Positions 18,360 to 26,546 of a DNA stretch of 37,244 nucleotides are shown here, one piece after another. The notes under the pieces are model-generated. The model had not been told where the DNA came from. It was given only the letters and a program-made list of their open reading frames with translations, and made no database searches. Source of the DNA: Archangium sp. (GTDB taxonomy: Bacteria > Myxococcota > Myxococcia > Myxococcales > Myxococcaceae). The DNA lies in contig JANLPS010000089.1 in NCBI GenBank assembly GCA_031367385.1, positions 1 through 37,244 on the forward strand. The letters run 5' to 3'. Numbering within the stretch: position 1 is the first letter of the stretch; each line of letters begins with the position of its first letter. The position numbers and the translations under genes were made by a program.

Positions 18360-20366
18360 ATGCTCATTCTGGCGATGATCTTGGCGGCGGCTCCGATGAA
18401 CACGAAGGCAGTCAAAGCAGACCTGGTGAAGCAGTTCGGTGCTGAGCAGAGCGCTCGCATCGACCGCGGCGTCGATCAGGTGGCGGCACTGTGGCGACCG
18501 GCCGATGGAGACTTTGCCGCGTTCGCGAAGGCGAATTTCATCGCCGACCCGGCGGTGCTCGACGCGACCTTCAAGCGCTTCGAGAGCAACTTCGAGCAGC
18601 TCGACGGGCACTTTCTCGAGATCAACCGCGCGTTGCACACCCCGGTCGAGCTCGACACTGGCCCGCTGTTGCCGGTCGACACCATGTTCGGCAGCTACGA
18701 CTCGAGCTCGCACGTCACCGAAGATTTCTTCTCGAACCAAATCGCCTTCGTAGCGCTGCTCAACTACCCATTGAGCACGCTGCAGCAGAAGATCGACGAT
18801 GGCAGCAAGTGGTCGCGCCGCGCCTGGGCCGAGGCCCGATTGACCCGCCGCTTCGACTCTCGCGTGCCTGCCGCTGTGTCGCAGCAGATCTCGAAGACCC
18901 AAGCGACCGCCTCGCTCTACATCGACTCGTACAACATCTGGATGCACCACGTGTTCGCGGAGAACGGCGACCGCCTCTTTCCGAAGGGGAAGCGGTTGAT
19001 CAGCCACTGGAACCTGCGCGACGAGCTCAAGGCCAACTACGCCGAGAAGAATGGCATCGCCAAGCAGCGAACGATCATCAAGATAATGGAGCGGATCGTC
19101 ACCCAGACGATACCCGCGGCGGTGATCGACAACCCCAACGTCGACTGGAGCCCGTTCACCAACAAGGTCACTGCGACCCCCGCTGACGAGCTGGAGGCCG
19201 ACGCGCCCAAGAAGCCCGTGGTGACCGATGGTAAGCCCGAGGCCGACGTGCGCTACCAGACGCTCTGGGCCAACTACACTTCGCAGAAGGCGGCCGACCC
19301 GTTTTCTCCGATCGCTCCGACGGCGATCGCGCGGGCCTTCGAGGGCGCAGAGATGCCCGAGGCGCGGGTGAAGGCGCTGCTCGAAGAGGTGCTCAGCTCG
19401 CCGTTGGTGCCGAAGGTGGCGGCGCAGATCGAGAAGAGCCTGGGCCGCAAGCTCGAGCCGGCCGACCTGTGGTTCAACGGGTTCTTGCCGCGCGGGTCGA
19501 TACCCGAGACCGAGCTCGACGCGAAGTTGCGGGTCAAGTACCCGACCGCCGAGGTCTACGCGAAAGACATCCCCCGGTTGTTGATGGGGCTGGGCTTCAG
19601 CAAAGAGCGCGCGGCGTATCTGTCAGAACGAATTCGAGTCGACCCGTCACGTGGAGCGGGTCACGCGATGCAGGCACAGCGGCGAGGCGATTTCCCTCAC
19701 CTGCGCACTCGGGTCGAAAAAGACGGCATGAACTACAAGGGGTACAACATCGCGGTTCACGAGATGGGCCACAACGTCGAGCAGGTGTTCTCGCTCTACG
19801 ACGTCGACTCGACCTTGCTGGCGGGCGTGCCCAACAACGCGTTCACCGAAGCGATCGCTTTCGTCTTTCAGGCCAAAGACCTCGAGCTGATGGGCCTGGG
19901 CATGCCGACCGACGAGCAGGAGCGCCTGCGGGTTCTCAACGATTTCTGGATGACCTACGAGATCGCCGGCGTCGCGCTGGTCGACATCGAGGTCTGGCAC
20001 TGGATGTACGCGCACCCGAAGGCCAAGCCGGCGGAGCTGCGCGAGGCGACGGTGCAGATCGCCAAAGCGATGTGGAACAAATATTACTGGCCGGTGCTGG
20101 GCGGCAAAGACACGCCGATGCTCGGCATCTACTCGCACATGATCAGCTACCCGCTGTACTTGTTCGGGTACCCGCTCGGGCACCTGATCGCGTTTCAAAT
20201 CGAAGAGCAGGTTCGCAAGACCGGCAGCATCGGGCCTGAGATCGAGCGCATGGCGAAGCTGGGCAACATCGGCCCCGACGTGTGGATGGTGGCCGCCACG
20301 GGCAACCCAGTGAGCGCCGGGCCGCTGCTCCGCGCCACCGAGGCCGCGCTGGCACCGAAGCGGTGA
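18360..20366 (+). CDS. Secreted gluzincin-like metallopeptidase (M2/M3-like), uncharacterised
   Basis: Signal peptide; VHEMGHNVE followed by AFTEAIAF (third zinc ligand); YSHMISYPLYLFGYPLG resembles the M3 H-x-Y-x-Y motif. Confidence 0.7.
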   Translation: MLILAMILAAAPMNTKAVKADLVKQFGAEQSARIDRGVDQVAALWRPADGDFAAFAKANFIADPAVLDATFKRFESNFEQLDGHFLEINRALHTPVELDTGPLLPVDTMFGSYDSSSHVTEDFFSNQIAFVALLNYPLSTLQQKIDDGSKWSRRAWAEARLTRRFDSRVPAAVSQQISKTQATASLYIDSYNIWMHHVFAENGDRLFPKGKRLISHWNLRDELKANYAEKNGIAKQRTIIKIMERIVTQTIPAAVIDNPNVDWSPFTNKVTATPADELEADAPKKPVVTDGKPEADVRYQTLWANYTSQKAADPFSPIAPTAIARAFEGAEMPEARVKALLEEVLSSPLVPKVAAQIEKSLGRKLEPADLWFNGFLPRGSIPETELDAKLRVKYPTAEVYAKDIPRLLMGLGFSKERAAYLSERIRVDPSRGAGHAMQAQRRGDFPHLRTRVEKDGMNYKGYNIAVHEMGHNVEQVFSLYDVDSTLLAGVPNNAFTEAIAFVFQAKDLELMGLGMPTDEQERLRVLNDFWMTYEIAGVALVDIEVWHWMYAHPKAKPAELREATVQIAKAMWNKYYWPVLGGKDTPMLGIYSHMISYPLYLFGYPLGHLIAFQIEEQVRKTGSIGPEIERMAKLGNIGPDVWMVAATGNPVSAGPLLRATEAALAPKR

Positions 20367-20627
20367 TCTGAAAAACGGCGAATCTGTTGTCGATTCGCGG
20401 GGCTACAGGCGTGTTCTGATCTGAAAAGACTGAATGATTCCGTAAACTTGCGGGATCATGCGGGTGGGGCAGGGTGCGCGCCCATGTCACCCACTGTGAG
20501 CGCGACCTACTTCTTCATGCCTGATTTTCGAGCGACCGATCGCACCGCCCCGAGCACCGGGTGGAGGCGGGCGGGCGTGACCAGCACGCAGACGCGTGGG
20601 GTGAAGTGGGTGCGTGGTTCGGGTGGG

Positions 20628-20716
20628 CATGGTTCCACGGGCTCACCATGAGAGCTTGCTGGTTCCAGGACTTGGGATCACAGACCCCACTCTCATGGTG
20701 AGCCTGTCGAACCACG
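20628..20716. repeat. REP-like inverted repeat doublet (27-bp arms)
   Basis: CATGGTTCCACGGGCTCACCATGAGAG (20628-20654) versus CTCTCATGGTGAGCCTGTCGAACCACG (20690-20716): 24/27 complementary, inner 15 bp perfect. Confidence 0.85.
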
Positions 20717-20738
20717 AACCACGAACCACGAACCACGA
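20708..20738. repeat. Heptamer simple repeat (CGAACCA)x4.4
   Basis: CGAACCA CGAACCA CGAACCA CGAACCA CGA read directly from the sequence. Confidence 0.95.
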
Positions 20739-20740
20739 GC

Positions 20741-21577
20741 TCAAATGCAGAAGTGCTTGAAGCAAATCGAGCAGCTCTTGCACGACTCGCCGCCGATGCC
20801 GCACGCCGTTTTATCGCTGCCGCCCTGGCACATGTCGTTCGCATCGCAGCAGCCGCCGGGGCAACTCGCGAGCCCGCAGGTGCCCGCCGAGCCACCGCCA
20901 CCACCCGTGCCCGACGTGGTGCACATGCCCGCCGAGCACGTTGACCCAGCGGCGCAGGCCACACAGGTGACACCGTTACTGCCGCAAGCGGCGCTCGTTG
21001 CCGGTGAGGTGCAGACGCTACCCTGACAGCACCCACTGCAATTCGCAGGGCCACAGGTAATCGACGACACGCACGCGCTGTTGAAGCACGTCTGACCACC
21101 GATACACGTCGCACAGGCTGCCCCGTTCTTGCCGCACCCCGAGCTCGCCGTGCCTGGCTCGCAGCCCGCGTCGCCGACACAGCCGGTGCACGTGCCGGTT
21201 TGACACGCGCCGGAGCTGCAAATCTGCCCTGCGCTGCACGCCCTGCACGAAGCCAGATGCACGCCGCATGCGCCTGAAGCAGTGCCCGCAACACATTGCC
21301 CCGAGGCCTCGCAGCACCCGCTGCAGTTGGCCGCGGTGCAGCCTTCGACGAAGCCGCCGCCGTCGCGAATGGTGCCGGTGCACGCACCGACCGAGCAGGT
21401 CTGCCCGAGCCCGCAGGCCGCGCAGCTGACGCCGTCGAAGCCGCAGGCCGAGACCGAGTCACCCTGCTGGCAGCGGTCTTTGCTGTCGCAGCACCCGGCA
21501 CAATTGTAGGTGTAGCAGTGACCTGAATCACTGCAACCGCTCGCCAACACTGCGCTGAGCACCACCATGCGCCACAT
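20741..21577 (-). CDS. Cys-rich repeat lipoprotein
   Basis: MWRMVVLSAVLASGC lipobox; about five ~40-aa repeats beginning CxxxNCxGCC...C..G....ACG..G..C..C. Confidence 0.85.
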   Translation of the reverse strand: MWRMVVLSAVLASGCSDSGHCYTYNCAGCCDSKDRCQQGDSVSACGFDGVSCAACGLGQTCSVGACTGTIRDGGGFVEGCTAANCSGCCEASGQCVAGTASGACGVHLASCRACSAGQICSSGACQTGTCTGCVGDAGCEPGTASSGCGKNGAACATCIGGQTCFNSACVSSITCGPANCSGCCQGSVCTSPATSAACGSNGVTCVACAAGSTCSAGMCTTSGTGGGGGSAGTCGLASCPGGCCDANDMCQGGSDKTACGIGGESCKSCSICFKHFCI

Positions 21578-21642
21578 AGGAGCCGAAGGCCTATCACGCA
21601 CATCAAGGTGAGACCAACGCGCGGGCCGGTTAACATGAGCCT

Positions 21643-22305
21643 GTGGCCATCGCGTTTTTCGATCTCGACAAGACCCTGCTGGCGGTGAACTCCGGCACGC
21701 TGTGGGTGCGTCGTGAGCTGGCGCTGGGCTACGTGAGCAAGCGGCAGGCGATGCGCGCGGCGCTCTGGTTGGCGCGGTACCAGCTGGGCTTCGCCCGAGC
21801 TGAGGCGATGGTCGAAGAGGCGGTGGCGCAGATCGTCGGCACCCGGGCAGCCGACCTGCGCGAGCGCACCGCCCGCTTCTATGATCAAGAGGTGCGTGGC
21901 ATGTTTCGCCCCGGGGGCCTCGAGGCCATCAAACGCCACCGAGCCGCCGGAGATCGCCTGGTCTTGCTCACCTCGTCTTCGAACTACATGGCTGAGCTGG
22001 CCACCCGCCAACTGCAGCTCGACTCATTTCTGTGCAACACCTTCGAGGTCGACCCGCAGGGCCTGCACACCGGCAAGCTGGTCGGGCGCACCTGCTTCGC
22101 CGCTGGCAAATTGGTGCATGCCGAGGCCGAGGCCGCCGCCCACGGAGTGCAGCTCAAAGACTGCGCCTTCTATACCGACTCGTATTCAGACCTCTCGGTG
22201 CTCGAGGTGGTGGGGCAACCGGTGCCGGTGAACCCCGACCCGCGCTTGAGGCGGCACGCGGCGAAGGCAGGTTGGCAGGTCGCCGAGTGGGGGCTTCCCG
22301 GCTAG
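21643..22305 (+). CDS. HAD-IB (SerB-like) hydrolase
   Basis: FFDLDKTL, LLTSS, GK, YTDSYSDL and VNPD motifs. Confidence 0.93.
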   Translation: MAIAFFDLDKTLLAVNSGTLWVRRELALGYVSKRQAMRAALWLARYQLGFARAEAMVEEAVAQIVGTRAADLRERTARFYDQEVRGMFRPGGLEAIKRHRAAGDRLVLLTSSSNYMAELATRQLQLDSFLCNTFEVDPQGLHTGKLVGRTCFAAGKLVHAEAEAAAHGVQLKDCAFYTDSYSDLSVLEVVGQPVPVNPDPRLRRHAAKAGWQVAEWGLPG

Positions 22306-22318
22306 TGTGCGGCCGCAC

Positions 22319-24010
22319 ATGACTTCTGCGTTCGTCGCCGCGCTCCTCGCCTCTGTCGTTGCCGCCAAGCCCCCGCCAGACCCGAGACAAGATTTTCTCG
22401 ACGCGATGGTCATCGAGCTCGAGCGCAATCAAGCCCAGCTGCGCCTGGGCGAGAACAAGGCGCCGTACTTCATCAGCTACCAGATGAAAGACTTCGATCA
22501 GCGCGAGATCTCGGCCAAGTACGGCGCGCTCTTCGAAGACGCGATCGGCCGCACCCGTCAGCTCTCGGTCGACGTGCGCGTCGGCACCTACGAGTTCGAC
22601 AGCTCGGTCTCCGACGACATGGACTTCAGCTTCTCGACCAAGGGCACCAGCTACATCGCGCGAAAGTTGGCGCCGCTCGACGAGGCCCCGGGTGCGCTGC
22701 GAACCGCGCTCTGGCTCATCACCGACGAGAAATACAAAGCAGCGCTGTTCAACTACCTCAAGAAGAAGGGCGACGACGTCTACACCGTCGAAGACCCGAA
22801 AAAGGCCGCCGCCTTCTCGAAAGAAGAACGCCAGGGCTACCTCGGCACCCGGGTGGTCTTCTCGTTCGATCACGATCGCTGGGCGGCGTTGGCGCGTGAA
22901 GTCTCATCGACCATGGCCGCGCAGAAGGCGTTCTTCGATTCAGAGGTTCGGGTCAACGGCGACCGAATCGTGCGCTCGTTCGTCTCGACCGAAGGCACCC
23001 GAATCGTCACCGAAGAGACGCTCTACGGCGTGCACGCCCAGGCCTACACCCGCGCCGACGACGGGCAATTGCTCGAGAATTCACGCGACTGGTACGCCCC
23101 CCGCGAAGATCAGCTGCCCACCGACGCCGAGATTCGCAAGGGCGTCGAGGTGTTGATGACCGAGCTGGCCGCGCTGCGGGTGGCTCCGACCATCGACCCG
23201 TACACCGGGCCTGCGATTCTCGAGTCTGACGCGGCGGGCGTGCTCTTTCACGAGGCCGTGGGCCATCGCCTCGAGGGAGAACGGCAAGACAACGACACCG
23301 AGGGCAAGACCTTTCGCGGGCAGGTGGGCAAGCAGGTGCTCCCGCCATTCTTGTCGATCACCGATGACCCGACCGCGCGCGAACGGGGCGGCGTGCAGCT
23401 CAATGGGTTCTACCAATTCGATGAGGAGGGCGTGCCCGCCCAGAAGGCCGTGCTGGTCAAAGATGGCGTGCTCAAGACCTACCTGCTCTCGCGAAGGCCC
23501 GTCGAAGGGTTCGCCAAATCGAACGGCCACGGTCGCGCGCAGGGCACGCGAAAACCGGTCGCGCGCATGGCGAACCTGATTCTCGAGTCGAAGAAGGCCG
23601 TCAGCGACGAGGAGCTCAAGAAGCAGCTGATCGCCGAGGCCAAACGCCAGGGCAAACCGTACGGCCTCATCATTCGCGACATCACCGGTGGCAACACCAA
23701 CACCACCGGCTTCGGGTACCAGGCGTTCAAGGGCACGCCGCGCATGGTCTACCGGGTCGACGTACGCGACGGCAAAGAGTCATTGGTCAGAGGCGTCGAG
23801 ATCGTCGGTACGCCGCTGTCGTCGATCAACCGGGTGATGGCGACCGGCAAGAAAGAGGGCGTCTTCAACGGCTACTGCGGCGCCGAGAGCGGCATGGTGC
23901 CGGTGTCGACCGTCGCTCCGTCGATTCTGTTGCAGGAGATCGAGCTGCAGCGCGCGCTCGATGGCAAAGATCGGCCACCGATGCTGCCCAGCCCGTTCAC
24001 TGCAAAATAG
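22319..24010 (+). CDS. tldD: TldD/PmbA-family metalloprotease with signal peptide
   Basis: FHEAVGHRLE, ITDDPT, FDEEGVPA, SNGHGR, ARMANL and C-terminal GYCG; hydrophobic N-terminus ending VVAA. Confidence 0.88.
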   Translation: MTSAFVAALLASVVAAKPPPDPRQDFLDAMVIELERNQAQLRLGENKAPYFISYQMKDFDQREISAKYGALFEDAIGRTRQLSVDVRVGTYEFDSSVSDDMDFSFSTKGTSYIARKLAPLDEAPGALRTALWLITDEKYKAALFNYLKKKGDDVYTVEDPKKAAAFSKEERQGYLGTRVVFSFDHDRWAALAREVSSTMAAQKAFFDSEVRVNGDRIVRSFVSTEGTRIVTEETLYGVHAQAYTRADDGQLLENSRDWYAPREDQLPTDAEIRKGVEVLMTELAALRVAPTIDPYTGPAILESDAAGVLFHEAVGHRLEGERQDNDTEGKTFRGQVGKQVLPPFLSITDDPTARERGGVQLNGFYQFDEEGVPAQKAVLVKDGVLKTYLLSRRPVEGFAKSNGHGRAQGTRKPVARMANLILESKKAVSDEELKKQLIAEAKRQGKPYGLIIRDITGGNTNTTGFGYQAFKGTPRMVYRVDVRDGKESLVRGVEIVGTPLSSINRVMATGKKEGVFNGYCGAESGMVPVSTVAPSILLQEIELQRALDGKDRPPMLPSPFTAK

Positions 24011-24812
24011 GGCGATGCACCGGCAACCCGAACCCGCGAAACCCACGCAAGCGAAGGTAGTTCTCGAACTCGCGCGCGAAGGCGACCGGGGTGATGCCGA
24101 CCGCCTTGGTGAACGCAGCGGGGAAGAGGTCTCCCTCTTTCATGTTGTGCATCGTGCCGAGCACCGCGACATCGCCGTAGCGGCGAATGAAGAACGTCAT
24201 CGCGTGGTACGAGATGCCGTAGACCTGGTCGGAGGCCTTCTCTGAGAGCGCCTCGCCCTCGGTGAAGATGTCGAGCTCGGGGTGGGCCAGCTGCCAGGTC
24301 GCGAGGCTCTCGAGCGTCTCGTAGCGGTACCCCTGCCGGGCGGTCACCGTGGCCAAGCCCTCGCGAAACCAGAGCGGTATTTCTTTCTCGGTCCACGTCG
24401 AGGAGGTCGCCGAGCGTTGAAACATCAAGCAGTGGGTCAGCTCGTGCGTGAGCCACTCGGCGATGTCGTCATCACGCGGTGGTGGCCGCCAGGTTCGCGG
24501 AGACTGCAGCGAGACGGTGTCGTACTGCCCCCATGCCAGCAGCCACCCGTAGCCGTATCGCCCGGTGACCTGCTCGAGCGCCGCGTGCGAGGGCAGCACA
24601 TTCAGCGTGACTGGTGACTCAAGCCCGCCCCAGCGGTCGAGCTCATGCGCAGCCCGGGTCGTCGCCCACTCGATGCGTGCGTGTTGCGAGTCGTCTTCGG
24701 TGCTCCAGCGAATGATGACCTCGGCGTGGTCGAGCGCCACGACTCGACGCGCCTGCAACCCGAGCAGAGGGTTGGCACAGCCGATTAGCACGAGCAGCCA
24801 TGCGACTCTCAT
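23997..24812 (-). CDS. Peptidase MA-like (gluzincin) lipoprotein
   Basis: MRVAWLLVLIGC lipobox; THELTH followed by PLWFREGLA; ATGA overlap with the upstream stop. Confidence 0.82.
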   Translation of the reverse strand: MRVAWLLVLIGCANPLLGLQARRVVALDHAEVIIRWSTEDDSQHARIEWATTRAAHELDRWGGLESPVTLNVLPSHAALEQVTGRYGYGWLLAWGQYDTVSLQSPRTWRPPPRDDDIAEWLTHELTHCLMFQRSATSSTWTEKEIPLWFREGLATVTARQGYRYETLESLATWQLAHPELDIFTEGEALSEKASDQVYGISYHAMTFFIRRYGDVAVLGTMHNMKEGDLFPAAFTKAVGITPVAFAREFENYLRLRGFRGFGLPVHRPILQ

Positions 24813-25531
24813 GCGGCGAGGGCGGCTTGCTGGGCCGAAAGCGCGGCGCTCAAGGTGGCCGCTGATGGCCGAAGCGACGGCTCGACGGCGACGCATTTCT
24901 CAATCAGCTCGCGCAGCGTGGGCGACAGCTGGCTGAGTGCGAGCGGCGTCGGAGGGCCCACCGGCACCCGCATCATCAAGACCAGGTAACAGAAGCCGAC
25001 CGCCGACATCCAAGTGCCTCCGAAGATGCCGCCGATCTCGATCAGCAGCTGGCGTTGTCGATAGGCCCGCTCACCCGCGGCGCGCGGCAGCAGGCGGGGC
25101 ACCGCTTCGATGAAAGCGCTGTGCAGCCACTGGTGAAAGACGACCAACTCGAGGCGGTGAGGCCCTGCGCCCAGCACGTTGACGCAAAACAGCTGCGGCC
25201 CCGGCGCGCGGTAAGGCTGCGAGAGGCTCGAGTAGATGGCTTCGGTCGGCTGCCCATCGACCGTCATTCGCGCTCGCCCGAGCATCGACGGCCAGAAGAA
25301 GCAGGCCTCCGCGATGAGGTCGGGCACGACGACGGTGGTGGTCAGCCGGTACTCCGTCGGTAGGTCGGGCACGGGCAGGTGGGCCGGCAGGGTGACTTCG
25401 GCCGAGGTGTCACCGGTTCGGAGCGTCCACGCGTGAAGCTCGATGCCGGTCTCGCCGCCGCATGCGGTGAGCAACGCAAGGCCGAGAAAAAGGGCGCTCC
25501 GGAGCCGAGCGTCACCCCCGAAGGTCACCAT
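24809..25531 (-). CDS. Lipoprotein/extracellular sensor-like domain + one TM helix fused to a Ser/Thr-kinase C-terminal remnant; possibly an internally deleted kinase
   Basis: LLTAC lipobox; beta-rich domain; TM GGIFGGTWMSAVGFCYLVLM; tail LSPTLRELIEKCVAVEPSLRPSAATL resembles kinase subdomain XI. Confidence 0.6.
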   Translation of the reverse strand: MVTFGGDARLRSALFLGLALLTACGGETGIELHAWTLRTGDTSAEVTLPAHLPVPDLPTEYRLTTTVVVPDLIAEACFFWPSMLGRARMTVDGQPTEAIYSSLSQPYRAPGPQLFCVNVLGAGPHRLELVVFHQWLHSAFIEAVPRLLPRAAGERAYRQRQLLIEIGGIFGGTWMSAVGFCYLVLMMRVPVGPPTPLALSQLSPTLRELIEKCVAVEPSLRPSAATLSAALSAQQAALAA

Positions 25532-25583
25532 CGGCGCGCATTGTTTCAACTTGTCTCCACAGGGGCAATTTGCGCGTCGCCCC

Positions 25584-26501
25584 TCATGTCGCACCCAACA
25601 CAGCGAGCACCGCGCGGCCCACGTCGGCGAGATCTCGAATCTCGAGGTGTGCGTCTCCAGCCGACAGCACCGCGACCGGGTTTCGGGTGTGGCTGCGGGT
25701 CGAGAGATCTTCGACGTTGCCGTGATCGCTGCAGACCAGCACCACGGCATCTGCGGGCCTCGAGGCGATGACGGCGCGGGCGAAGGCGTCGAAGGCCGAG
25801 AGCGCTCGAAGCGCGGCCACCGGGTCTTGCGCGTGACCCGCCTCGTCAGCCAACGAGTGCTCGAAGAGCGTGAAGTCTTCGGCGAGAAGCCAGAAAATCT
25901 GCGCCGCTTCGGGGCCGCTGCGCAGGGGCAGTGACGGGTCGCGGCGTACGGCGAGCGAGCCATCGGCGTCGTGGGTGAGCCCCTGACCCGCGCGCGCATC
26001 ATCGAAGGTGCGGAGCGCCACGGCGCCGGCCGCCATCGCCAACGTGCTCGCTGACGCTCTGATTTTGCGCAGGTATTTGGCAGGTATCGCCACGCCCGAG
26101 GGCGCGCCCGGCCGCCTGGCCAACTTCAGCGCATCGAGGTATTCGACCGGGTAGGCGTTCGCAAAGGTCGCGCTGCGGCCCGCGGCGATGACCCGCTTGA
26201 CGATCGATTCTTCGGCGAGCAACGCGCGCAGCTGCGCGTTGGGGTAGCCCAGCACATGCCGGCCGATTCGCCGAGGAGCGGGGCTGGCGGTGTAGATCGC
26301 CGCCTGGTTCGAGGCCGATTGGGGCCGGCCTTCGACGCCAAACGTGGTGTCGGTAATGAATCGGCGCACACCGGGCGGCAAGGCGGTGCCCGAGCCGTCG
26401 GAGAATTGGGAGAGCAAGAACTCGCCCCCGCAGAGGGGGTTGACCGCAGGGTCCCTGACCCCGATGCCGACGCCATCGGTAAAGAGCACCGCCACTCGCA
26501 C
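25584..26501 (-). CDS. Alkaline-phosphatase-superfamily metalloenzyme (iPGM/phosphopentomutase-like)
   Basis: VLFTDGVGIG, PQSAS (catalytic Ser), DEAGH and SDHGNVED...HTRNPV motifs. Confidence 0.88.
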   Translation of the reverse strand: MRVAVLFTDGVGIGVRDPAVNPLCGGEFLLSQFSDGSGTALPPGVRRFITDTTFGVEGRPQSASNQAAIYTASPAPRRIGRHVLGYPNAQLRALLAEESIVKRVIAAGRSATFANAYPVEYLDALKLARRPGAPSGVAIPAKYLRKIRASASTLAMAAGAVALRTFDDARAGQGLTHDADGSLAVRRDPSLPLRSGPEAAQIFWLLAEDFTLFEHSLADEAGHAQDPVAALRALSAFDAFARAVIASRPADAVVLVCSDHGNVEDLSTRSHTRNPVAVLSAGDAHLEIRDLADVGRAVLAVLGAT

Positions 26502-26546
26502 CGCGCCACGATAGCCCGGCGACCCCATCGTGGTACCGTGTTCGAG
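26502..26546. promoter_or_regulatory. Back-to-back putative -10 boxes for divergent leaderless transcripts
   Basis: TATCGT (minus strand, 26508-26513) 6 nt before GTG 26501; TG-G-TACCGT (26534-26539) 7 nt before GTG 26547. Confidence 0.5.

Noticed and set aside
20448..20651. Small ORF or gene remnant between the gluzincin and the inverted repeat
   Set aside because: No recognisable motif or convincing start on either strand, and it overlaps the repeat arm.
20741..24010. RiPP cluster (Cys-rich precursor + TldD)
   Set aside because: The Cys-rich protein is a ~280-aa lipoprotein, and no YcaO, radical SAM, lanthipeptide enzyme or transporter is present.
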